Shown piece after piece: positions 1 through 8,251 of a stretch of 32,000 nt of DNA. Origin of the DNA: Nostoc punctiforme PCC 73102. Its GTDB lineage: Bacteria > Cyanobacteriota > Cyanobacteriia > Cyanobacteriales > Nostocaceae. The translations under genes and the position numbers were made by a program. The stretch covers positions 8,100,001 to 8,132,000 of the forward strand of contig NC_010628.1 in the NCBI RefSeq assembly GCF_000020025.1, read 5' to 3'. A model generated the notes under the pieces. The model searched no databases. It was not told the DNA's origin and saw only the letters and a list, made by a program, of their open reading frames with translations. Each line of letters starts with the position of its first letter. The stretch's first letter is position 1.

Positions 1-1004
1 ACCAACACAACTTCGCTAGAACCAAGGCTAACTTTTTCAAAGGCAGCCATTAAAGCTGCCACTTCTACTTCCCGACCGTAAAGTTTTTGAGCTATTTGGA
101 ATTGATGCGAAAAATCTTGCTGGCCTAGTGTAAAAAGCTCAATACTTCCTTTTGTTTGCAGTTGTATTGCTGCTTGCTCTAAATCAGCCTTTAACCCGTA
201 AGCACTCTGGTAGCGGTCTTCAGCAGTTTTGCTCAGGAGCTTCATAGCGATCGCAGAGATTCCCAGTGGTACATTAGGATTAATCTCGTGCGGAGCTATA
301 GGAATTTTCGCAATGTGACAATGCACTAACTCCATTGAGTCTTGAGCATTGTGGAAGGGAAGCTGACCCGTCAGCATTTCGTAGAAACTGACACCTAATG
401 AGTAAAAATCTGTACGATAATCTAAGGTTCGGTTGATACGTCCGGTTTGCTCTGGCGACATATAAGCCAGTGTTCCTTCTAGAAGGTTGAGGCTAGTAAT
501 TTCTGGACTTTCTTTTGATAACAACGAAGCGATGCTGAAATCAATCAGTTTTACTTTTTCGGTATTGGGGTTATAAAGAATATTTTCGGGTTTAAGATCC
601 TTATGGATAATGTGGTGGGTATGTAACTCTCCCAAAGTTTCAGTAATTTGAGCGGCAATGTTCAGAAATTTTGTAAGTTCAATCCCTGTAGTAGATATCT
701 GATGTTTTAAGGTTTCTCCACCAAAGTCTTCTAAAACCAGTGCTAGACCATTATTGTAGCCGTTGTCATAACTGATTAATTCATGGACTTTAATTACACC
801 TGCAATATTCAAATTTTGGATGATTTCGTATTCGTGCTTGAGTTGGGCAATCTCTTTGATACTGGGATACTCTGCTTTGAGCAGTTTGATAACAACTGAG
901 TGTCCGTTAGCCTTGGAGTATCCTCGATAAATTACTGTGGCAGCAGCTTCATAAATTAAACTTGTAATACTATAGTCAGGGATGTGAGCAATTAATTTAA
1001 ACAT
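1..1004 (-). CDS. Ser/Thr protein kinase domain, N-terminal part of a larger multidomain protein (3' end runs off the window)
   Basis: Own translation of the minus strand from the ATG (cat at 1002-1004) gives MFKLIAHIPDYSITSLIYEAAATVIYRGY..VVIKLLK. Kinase motifs follow: HIIHKDLKPENIL (HxDLKPxN catalytic loop), IDFSIAS (DFG-like) and GTLAYMSPEQ (APE motif). Then comes LYGREVE, the usual entry into the AAA/NTPase module of cyanobacterial kinase-AAA-GAF-sensor fusions. The frame is open down to position 1. It is absent from the ORF track because no stop lies in the window. Confidence 0.85.
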   Translation of the reverse strand, partial: MFKLIAHIPDYSITSLIYEAAATVIYRGYSKANGHSVVIKLLKAEYPSIKEIAQLKHEYEIIQNLNIAGVIKVHELISYDNGYNNGLALVLEDFGGETLKHQISTTGIELTKFLNIAAQITETLGELHTHHIIHKDLKPENILYNPNTEKVKLIDFSIASLLSKESPEITSLNLLEGTLAYMSPEQTGRINRTLDYRTDFYSLGVSFYEMLTGQLPFHNAQDSMELVHCHIAKIPIAPHEINPNVPLGISAIAMKLLSKTAEDRYQSAYGLKADLEQAAIQLQTKGSIELFTLGQQDFSHQFQIAQKLYGREVEVAALMAAFEKVSLGSSEVVL

Positions 1005-1362
1005 TAATACTTGTCTGAATGTTGTTTTTTAATAAATTTTGGTGGCTCCTATGATAGTTCCCAGAATTCAAGTCAAGTTAACTCTTCAGATGCTAATTAA
1101 ATAAAGATTAGCTTCCCTAATCTTTAGCACCACGCAATGACTATAAACTTTTTCGTACAGTGTGTACAGTTCGTTGATTTACGTAATAATCTAAGTCTAG
1201 TTGTGCTAGATAACTGGTGAATTTACTTACTTGCGTCAGTCTAAGAGCCACAAATACAGATTTGTACTGAAGCGAACGATCGCCAGCAAATAAGCATTGC
1301 GATCTTTCAAGTTTGGGTAAAACACATCAGGCTTGGTTATTATTGCTGATTTATTGATAGCT

Positions 1363-1397
1363 TTGTCAAAATATTGACAAAATTACCCGATTGTCAA
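1363..1397 (+). promoter_or_regulatory. Candidate operator/promoter: perfect palindrome TTGTCAAAATATTGACAA plus a third TTGTCAA half-site
   Basis: TTGTCAA-AATA-TTGACAA lies at 1363-1380, with a further TTGTCAA at 1391-1397. This is 42-76 nt upstream of the SDR start codon (1439), in a divergent intergenic region. A -35-like TTGACA (1374-1379) sits inside the palindrome. No cognate regulator gene is visible nearby. Confidence 0.3.
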
Positions 1398-1438
1398 ATA
1401 ACTGAGGTGACAGGTTCAACAACGAAAAAGTAAAAATC

Positions 1439-2197
1439 ATGAATAGCAATATTAAGAAACTTACAGGTAAAGTTGCCCTAGTTACAGGTGGTTCACGGGG
1501 TATTGGTGCTGCGATCGCTAAACGTCTGGCTGAAGACGGCGCAGACATTGCCATCAGTTACGCCACCTCATCGGAAACGGCCGCGATCGTTGTCCGGGAA
1601 CTCGAAGAAAAAGGCGTTAGTGCCGCCGCTTTCAAAGCCGACCAAGCCGATCCTCTCCAGGTTGGGAATTTGGTTAAGATGGTCGCCGAACGCTTTGGTC
1701 GTCTCGATATTCTCGTGAACAACGCTGGTATATTTGTCCTTGGTGTAGTTGGCGATTCTGCAAGCGATATTGCCTCCTTTGAACGGCAGTTTGCGATCAA
1801 TGTCGGTGGCGTAGTGGCTGCCGTCCGCGCGGCTGTACCACTCATGACTGAAGGTGGACGAATCATCTCCATTGGCTCCTGTGTTGGAACCCATTCCCTT
1901 TGGGCAGGAATCTCCGATTATTCAGCAACTAAATCTGCGATCGCTGGCTACACGCGCGGATGGGCACGTGACCTGGGGTCGAGGGCGATTACAGTTAACG
2001 TCATACAGCCAGGCCCAATTGAAACTGATATGAACCCATCTGATAGTGATTTTGCGGTAATTCAAAAAGCAGCCACAGCGCTCAACCGCTACGGTAAGCC
2101 AGAGGAAGTTGCAGCTGCGGTCGCTTTTCTCGCTAGTCCTGACGCAGCTTTCATCACCGGTGCAACACTTGATGTTGATGGCGGCATGAATGCTTAG
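1439..2197 (+). CDS. Short-chain dehydrogenase/reductase (classical SDR, 3-oxoacyl-ACP reductase-like)
   Basis: 252 aa. It carries the TGGSRGIGAAIA cofactor motif (TGxxxGIG), NNAG, the catalytic YSATK (YxxxK), and a PGPIETD segment. Confidence 0.93.
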   Translation: MNSNIKKLTGKVALVTGGSRGIGAAIAKRLAEDGADIAISYATSSETAAIVVRELEEKGVSAAAFKADQADPLQVGNLVKMVAERFGRLDILVNNAGIFVLGVVGDSASDIASFERQFAINVGGVVAAVRAAVPLMTEGGRIISIGSCVGTHSLWAGISDYSATKSAIAGYTRGWARDLGSRAITVNVIQPGPIETDMNPSDSDFAVIQKAATALNRYGKPEEVAAAVAFLASPDAAFITGATLDVDGGMNA

Positions 2198-2279
2198 ATG
2201 TCTAAACCAATTGGGTGTAACAGTCTGCTGCGGCTTTATTAAATAGTCGTATTACCAAAGTCAGTGTTTGATTGAGTCG

Positions 2280-2299
2280 GGGTCTTAAACCCAAGACCC
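2280..2299. terminator. Candidate bidirectional stem-loop between convergent genes
   Basis: GGGTCTT (2280-2286) and AAGACCC (2293-2299) form a 7-bp stem with a 6-nt loop, followed by gtttgg. It lies between the SDR stop (2197) and the AKR stop (2313). The stem is short and the U-tract weak. Confidence 0.3.
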
Positions 2300-2312
2300 G
2301 TTTGGTTAAAAC

Positions 2313-3350
2313 TTATCCTAACCACTCAGGATTTTTGGCTGTACTATCAAATTGGCTAGTGGTTTTAAACAGTTCATACTGACCTTTAAGAGCAGCTTGG
2401 CGAGTCCGATTCAGTAATGCTCTAACTTGTTCCTGGCTCATGGGTGTAAAAGTACTTACTGCCTCGAAAGCCTGGTTTAAGATGGGCATACTTTCAATGC
2501 CTGTAATCACCGTTGAAGTTGGCAGATTCATCGCGTAATGCAGACATTCGATAGGTTTGACCACATTGCTTTTGAGGATGTTTTGGTCGCCCATTGATTT
2601 CATCCCCAGTACAGCAATTCTATCTTGAACTAGTCTGGGTAAAACTTGCCTCTCAAAACTGCGGAAATGGGCATCCATAACATTTAACGGCATCTGCACT
2701 GTATCAAAACGGAACTTGTTTTGATTGGCAACTTCCAACATTCTCAGGTGTACTAAAGGATCTTTGTGCCCAGTAAAGCCTATGTAGCGAATCTTGCCAG
2801 CTTTTTGTGCTTCCACAACTGCTTCCATCGCACCGCCAGGGGCAAAAATCCGGTCTGGATCTTCCATGCGAATGACTTCATGATGTTGCAATAAATCAAT
2901 GTGGTCTGTTTGCAAACGTTTTAAAGATTCATCAATTTGTTTAGTAGCAGCCGCCTTTGTACGACCGTCAATTTTAGTCATCAGAAAAGCTTTTTGACGA
3001 TAACCATTTTGCAGAGCTTTACCCATGCGAATTTCGCTACCTCCGTTATGGTAATCCCAGCTATTGTCCATAAAATTAATCCCGCGATCGAGGGCAGTAC
3101 GGATCAGATTAATACCCTCTTGCTCATCTTTTGGTCTACCAATATGATGACCACCTAGACCAATTACAGATACTTGTTCTCCGGTGCGTCCTAGTTGCCT
3201 GTACAGCATTTCACCTTTTTTTATCTGGAGTGGAGTAGGCTGATTTTGCGCTAAAACCTGTTTAGTTAAACCTTGTAAAGCAAATACCCCAGCTCCACCT
3301 AAACCAGAAGCAGAAACTAGCTTCAGTAAATCTCGTCTGTTAATATCCAC
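2313..3350 (-). CDS. Aldo/keto reductase with twin-arginine (Tat) signal peptide
   Basis: 345 aa. The N-terminus MDINRRDLLKLVSASGLGGAGVFA has an RR motif followed by a hydrophobic stretch. The body is AKR-like (GINFMDNSWDY, GKIRYIGFTGH, and MQMPLN in place of the usual QxxYN). Confidence 0.88.
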   Translation of the reverse strand: MDINRRDLLKLVSASGLGGAGVFALQGLTKQVLAQNQPTPLQIKKGEMLYRQLGRTGEQVSVIGLGGHHIGRPKDEQEGINLIRTALDRGINFMDNSWDYHNGGSEIRMGKALQNGYRQKAFLMTKIDGRTKAAATKQIDESLKRLQTDHIDLLQHHEVIRMEDPDRIFAPGGAMEAVVEAQKAGKIRYIGFTGHKDPLVHLRMLEVANQNKFRFDTVQMPLNVMDAHFRSFERQVLPRLVQDRIAVLGMKSMGDQNILKSNVVKPIECLHYAMNLPTSTVITGIESMPILNQAFEAVSTFTPMSQEQVRALLNRTRQAALKGQYELFKTTSQFDSTAKNPEWLG

Positions 3351-3788
3351 AAATTAATCCTTTTGCCACAGTATGAGAACTTGCCCTGATAGCTAGCTTT
3401 GCACGAGAGCAAAATTCGCTGCTTCTAACTGTTGAAGGAGAAAAGCAGTGAGGTAGAGATAGATTTTTGATCGAGGGAGGGTAAGAGAAAAGAATATCCC
3501 ATCGTTGTGTAAGTAAAGGAAACATTGGAGACATAGGAAACAGAAAAATCTAATAGTCGTCTTCCTGATGTTGTTTCAGTAGTTAAAATGTCAACTCCAA
3601 CACAGTGCTTTAGTCCGAAAGTGTTATTGGGGAATTGTTTCTAAATCTTGGCAAGTATCATTTGTAGTGCTAAATATTCCTTGCAAAATTTCGAAACATT
3701 TAGCGTGTGGCTCAAAAATTGAGAAATTCCAGAAAATTTCTTTAGAAAAATCAAAATTTCAAACTTGATTGCGATAATAAGTTTAGGT

Positions 3789-3953
3789 AAAGGCAACAGG
3801 CAACAGGACAGGAGTTGGAAGGGGACTGTTACCCGTCCAACACAATCGTCCCATTGGGACGGGGCTTCTGACCCGATGGAAGGTTGAGGGAACAAGATCC
3901 GCATCTAACCAAAAATCTTCATTGTTGCCTATTGCCTGTTCCCTGTTCCTTTG
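3789..3953. repeat. Heptamer-repeat (CAACAGG-type, STRR-like) inverted arms flanking a ~108-nt core
   Basis: The left arm is aaaggcaacaggcaacaggacagg (3789-3812). The right arm is ttgttgcctattgcctgttccctgttcctttg (3923-3953) and is its imperfect reverse complement. The core contains further short stems, e.g. GTCCC-att-GGGAC. The element lies in the 676-bp divergent region between the AKR and the lipoxygenase. Confidence 0.6.
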
Positions 3954-4026
3954 ACCGAAAGTTAGTAACTCAAACCTGTTTATCCTCAAGTGTTAAATTT
4001 CCCAGTACTACACATGAGTAGAGCCA

Positions 4027-5919
4027 ATGACTGCTTTATCACCAGATCATTCAATCAGTTCATCAAGTACTCATACTTTAGATATAGCTAGGCAAGAGTA
4101 TCAATATAACTACAACCATATTCCATCTATTGCGATGGTGGATCGGCTTTCTATTACGGAAGAGTTCACCACTAACTGGTATTTTTTATTAGCCCAGCAG
4201 TTACGAGTTCTTTTTATCAATACCTTGATTGTCAACAGAGGCAATCAAGATTCTAAATCGATTCGTGATGATGTCGAAAGATTTATTTTAGAAGCCTTGC
4301 TCAAGGGAGCAGTACCAGCCCGAATCAGCATTCTGGCAAGAATCCTGCAAATTATCCCTCAGCTTTTGCTCAAAGAGATATCTAAGGATTTTAGAGAACT
4401 CGACGATCTTTTTCATTCTATTCTGAAAGAAAACGGACTTGCGATCCTCAGAGATGCTCTAAAGAGGATAATTACCCTTCTATATGAAGGACAGCCTACA
4501 GGACATGCAACCAGTCTCAAGGACTACGAAAATTTGTTTCCGGTGATTAGTCTACCAGCCATCGCTAAAACTTATCAGGAAGATGAAGTATTTGCCTACA
4601 TGAGAGTAGCTGGCTACAATCCCGTCACGATCAAGCGAGTAACTACTCTAAGCGATCGCTTCCCAGTCACAGACGAACATTACCAAGCGGTGATGGGAAC
4701 TGACGATTCATTAGCAGCAGCAGGGATTGAAGGCAGGCTCTACTTAGCTGACTATAAAATTTTAGATGGTGCAATCAACGGTACATTCCCACACGAGCAA
4801 AAATATCTCTATGCTCCCCTAGCACTATTTGCCTTACCCAAAGGTTCAGATCCCACCCGTCTATTGCGTCCGGTAGCCATTCAATGCGGTCAGACCCCAG
4901 GCCCAGATTATCCAATTGTTACTCCTAACTCCGGTAAATACGCTTGGCTTTTTGCCAAAACGATTGTCCAAATAGCAGATGCTAACATCCACGAAGCTGT
5001 TACTCACCTAGCAAGAACTCATCTTTTAGTTGGTGTTTTTGCGATCGCAACTGCTCGACAATTGCCACTCACACATCCCCTCAGAATCCTGCTGCGCCCG
5101 CATTTTGATAGCACCTTAGCAATTAACGATGCCGCCCAACGGATTCTCATTGCTCCAGGCGGTGGTGTCGATAGATTACTCTCATCATCAATCGATAACT
5201 CTCGCGTTTTAGCAGTGCTAGGGTTGCAAAGCTATAGTTTTAACAGCACCATCTTACCTAATCAATTCCAACAGCGCGGTGTAGACGATCCTAATCTATT
5301 GCCTATTTATCCTTACCGGGATGATGCCCTACTAATCTGGAATGCCATTCATCAATGGGTTTGGGACTACCTGAACCTTTACTACACCACGGATGAAGAC
5401 ATTCAAAAAGACAGAGCATTGCAAGCGTGGGCAGCCGAAATCCCAGCTTACGATGGTGGTCGTATCCCCGATTTTGGCGAAGATGGGGGCATCAAAACGC
5501 TAAATTACCTGATTGATGCCACTACATTAATTATTTTTACTGCCAGTGCCCAACATGCAGCCGTTAACTTTCCGCAAAAAGATTTGATGGGCTACGCCGC
5601 AGCCATACCATTGGCAGGTTATTTACCAGCCTCAACTCTCAAAAGAGAAGTTACCGAGCAAGACTACCTTAATCTGCTCCCCCCTTTAGATCAGGCACAA
5701 CGGCAATACAACCTACTCAGCTTATTAGGGTCTGTATACTACAACAAGCTGGGCGAGTATGAGCAAGGATACTTCACAGACGAGAAAGTAAAACCATTGT
5801 TACAGGCATTCCAAAGTCATCTTCAGCAGGTAGAAAATACCATCAAGCAGCGTAATTTGCACCGCCCACCCTATGAGTATCTCCTTCCTTCTAAAATTCC
5901 TCAGAGCATCAATATCTGA
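4027..5919 (+). CDS. Lipoxygenase (iron-dependent, bacterial type with helical N-terminal extension)
   Basis: 630 aa. It has WLFAKTIVQIADANIHEAVTHLARTHLL (the LOX His-x4-His iron-ligand helix), QHAAVNFPQ (His/Asn ligand motif), and a C-terminal ..PQSINI ending in Ile, the carboxylate iron ligand. No PLAT-like beta-barrel is evident at the N-terminus. Confidence 0.95.
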   Translation: MTALSPDHSISSSSTHTLDIARQEYQYNYNHIPSIAMVDRLSITEEFTTNWYFLLAQQLRVLFINTLIVNRGNQDSKSIRDDVERFILEALLKGAVPARISILARILQIIPQLLLKEISKDFRELDDLFHSILKENGLAILRDALKRIITLLYEGQPTGHATSLKDYENLFPVISLPAIAKTYQEDEVFAYMRVAGYNPVTIKRVTTLSDRFPVTDEHYQAVMGTDDSLAAAGIEGRLYLADYKILDGAINGTFPHEQKYLYAPLALFALPKGSDPTRLLRPVAIQCGQTPGPDYPIVTPNSGKYAWLFAKTIVQIADANIHEAVTHLARTHLLVGVFAIATARQLPLTHPLRILLRPHFDSTLAINDAAQRILIAPGGGVDRLLSSSIDNSRVLAVLGLQSYSFNSTILPNQFQQRGVDDPNLLPIYPYRDDALLIWNAIHQWVWDYLNLYYTTDEDIQKDRALQAWAAEIPAYDGGRIPDFGEDGGIKTLNYLIDATTLIIFTASAQHAAVNFPQKDLMGYAAAIPLAGYLPASTLKREVTEQDYLNLLPPLDQAQRQYNLLSLLGSVYYNKLGEYEQGYFTDEKVKPLLQAFQSHLQQVENTIKQRNLHRPPYEYLLPSKIPQSINI

Positions 5920-5937
5920 ATTAGGGACAAATGACCA

Positions 5938-7302
5938 ATGACAGTAAATATTATGACACTTAAAGATAAAGTTCTCAAAGGTCAAGATCGCCAGCTTTGG
6001 CTTGCACCGATACTAGCCAAAGTAGGTTATGACACTGCGATCGGCAAGTTTCTGCGTTTGATTTTCTATTATACAGATGCCTCAATCATACTCAAAGCGT
6101 GGCGGGACTTTCTCTACATTCGTAAGGACAATATTGGAGACAAGTATTTTGCAGTAGACCAAGCAATTATGCATTCCTCTCACTCCCAGGTGAGGGAACT
6201 AATGCAAACCCAACCACAACTGCGAGGAAATGATTTAGGCATCATCAGAATATTAGCTCCTAGCTACCTACTCGATAATCCTCTGAGCTTGGGAACGAAC
6301 GGTAACGAACACACAGGACTACGTACTGTAATCTTACAAGCCTTACCAGAACCGTCTCAAAAGATAGACTTTTTAGGAAATCTAGTTGAGCAAAGCTTGT
6401 TAGAAGCTGCTAAACAAGGCAAATTACACATCGGCAACGATTTGCCAAAGATCATACTGTCGATTTTGCATCAATTGGTTTTTCAGATATCTTTATCTGA
6501 GGAAGAAATTACAGCATCCGATAGTTACATTAAAGGTTTGGCTCTCGCATCCTTGCCTAATTTTATTAATAAGTATCTGCTGGCAATATTAACAGCACCC
6601 AAAATTCGGCATCGTCAATATTTAACCAATCGATATAAACAATCAGCTAAATGGGCATCTTACTTTGAAACAGGCGCTCAGTATCAGTTGAATGAACACC
6701 AAATTGCTAATACCCTTTTCGATATGATTCATATCGCTGGTACTGCCGGCACGAGTGCGCTTTTAGGATCAGTTATTGGTGTTCTCTGCTTGGATAATGA
6801 TCTCAGAAATGATGTAGTGTCAGAAGTGAATGCAGTCTGGAATGGTAAGAAAACTTTAGATCCAGACGCTCTAGAACAGTTAACAATTCTCAATCAAGTG
6901 ATTTTAGAAACGGCTCGTCTCTATCCACCTGTGCGATTTGTTAGCCAACTCACCAATGAAGGGGGTGAAGTCGAGATTGGAGAACAAAAATGTCCATTCC
7001 AAAAAGGTACTCGTTTGCTTGGCTCTATTTTTACAGCTAATCGAGATGCCAACAGATACCAAAATCCAAATGATTTTGACCTAACACGGAATTTTTCAGA
7101 TATTTTATCTTGGAACGGTGAAGGGCATGAGCGAGCCTGTCCTGGTAAATCCTTATCAATTGGCTTTATTAAAATTTTCTGTTTACATCTGTTCCAGAAC
7201 TATCAATGGGACTCAATTACAGAAGTTAAGTGGGATTTTGAAAAAGTGACTGCCGTTACTCCTAATAATTTAGTGCTACAAGGTTTTGCTCAACGACTGT
7301 AA
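5938..7302 (+). CDS. Cytochrome P450-like hemoprotein, atypical (candidate fatty-acid hydroperoxide-transforming enzyme)
   Basis: 454 aa, starting 18 nt after the LOX stop. It has the K-helix ETARLYPPV (ExxR), a PERF-like DLTRNF, and a Cys-loop WNGEGHERACPGKSLSIG with the proximal Cys. The I-helix region IAGTAGTS lacks the usual acidic residue. There is no N-terminal membrane anchor. Confidence 0.75.
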   Translation: MTVNIMTLKDKVLKGQDRQLWLAPILAKVGYDTAIGKFLRLIFYYTDASIILKAWRDFLYIRKDNIGDKYFAVDQAIMHSSHSQVRELMQTQPQLRGNDLGIIRILAPSYLLDNPLSLGTNGNEHTGLRTVILQALPEPSQKIDFLGNLVEQSLLEAAKQGKLHIGNDLPKIILSILHQLVFQISLSEEEITASDSYIKGLALASLPNFINKYLLAILTAPKIRHRQYLTNRYKQSAKWASYFETGAQYQLNEHQIANTLFDMIHIAGTAGTSALLGSVIGVLCLDNDLRNDVVSEVNAVWNGKKTLDPDALEQLTILNQVILETARLYPPVRFVSQLTNEGGEVEIGEQKCPFQKGTRLLGSIFTANRDANRYQNPNDFDLTRNFSDILSWNGEGHERACPGKSLSIGFIKIFCLHLFQNYQWDSITEVKWDFEKVTAVTPNNLVLQGFAQRL

Positions 7303-7339
7303 GTAATAAAATTAAGAGCCGGAAGTTTTGAATTAGAGG

Positions 7340-7972
7340 ATGTTTGTAAGTGCTTTTTGGGTGTATATTAATTACGAATTAAAAATTAGTATGACCGAAT
7401 TAATTGAAAGAAAGCAACTCGATAATATTGCAACCTGGATGATTCCAATTAAAGAAACAAACTTACCATCTATCCTTAAGGGTGTATTTTTTATGGATGG
7501 GAATCCTCTGCCAGATACTTGCATTACTATGTACAATTTGGAATGGAATATGCAGAGTAGAACTTTGGTTTTACCAACCTTTGCTCCATTACAGTGGACT
7601 TTTCATAACTCGATTGCGGGTTGGATATTACTACGTTTAATTCAATGGTTTAAAGTAACTTACAAAATTCAGTTTGAAGATGAAACGTTGCAACAAGCTC
7701 AGATCATCCCTGTTTTGCTGGGAATACCAATTTCAAAATTGATTGTGAGTTCTACAATGTCCCAAGACAACAATTCTCTTAATGGAGATATTTGGCACAG
7801 AAATAACGTTTGGTTCGGCGGACTTTCTAGGGCTGGTGAGTATACTCTCCGTAAGGTTGTTGATAAAGATGGTTGTTATACTCCTGCTTTTAACGATATG
7901 CTTACCAGGGTGAAAAATGAGTGTTTAGTGATTGCACCTACTCAAATTGATATGGCTTGTCCTTTTGAGTAG
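7340..7972 (+). CDS. Hypothetical protein co-oriented with LOX/P450 (no family recognised)
   Basis: 210-aa ORF. The ATG at 7340 directly abuts a GAGGA, which is too close to act as an SD. An alternative ATG at 7391 (MTELIERKQ..) gives 193 aa. The strand matches the P450, with a 37-88 nt gap. There are no TM segments and no motif I can name. Confidence 0.5.
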   Translation: MFVSAFWVYINYELKISMTELIERKQLDNIATWMIPIKETNLPSILKGVFFMDGNPLPDTCITMYNLEWNMQSRTLVLPTFAPLQWTFHNSIAGWILLRLIQWFKVTYKIQFEDETLQQAQIIPVLLGIPISKLIVSSTMSQDNNSLNGDIWHRNNVWFGGLSRAGEYTLRKVVDKDGCYTPAFNDMLTRVKNECLVIAPTQIDMACPFE

Positions 7973-8251
7973 CACGTTTCCCGTTTCCCGTCAATGCTCT
8001 CTTAGAAAAGTAGTCAACACAAAAAATGACTACTCATGTAATAAAAAGTATAAGCTTCTAATTCGTTATTTTGATTCAGCAATCCCAAATTAGTTAAAGG
8101 CTTACTCCAAGAGATTAAACAAGAAGACAGGATTTGCTTATAGATAATCATATAAATATTTCGTCAATTCATTATCTAAACAGGCCGATCCAACACCAAC
8201 AAAAAGCGATTACGATATACTGAGCCTAAATTGTAAAAGGAAATATAACTG

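Noticed and set aside
1366-1894. ORFs 1366-1554(-), 1488-1718(+), 1558-1872(-) and 1568-1894(-)
   Set aside because: All overlap the strongly supported SDR CDS in other frames or on the other strand. They are typical shadow ORFs of a relatively GC-rich gene.
3340-3989. ORFs 3340-3534(-), 3641-3904(-) and 3783-3989(-) in the AKR/LOX intergenic region
   Set aside because: They overlap the heptamer inverted-repeat element and AT-rich promoter DNA. They show low-complexity or odd composition and no motifs.
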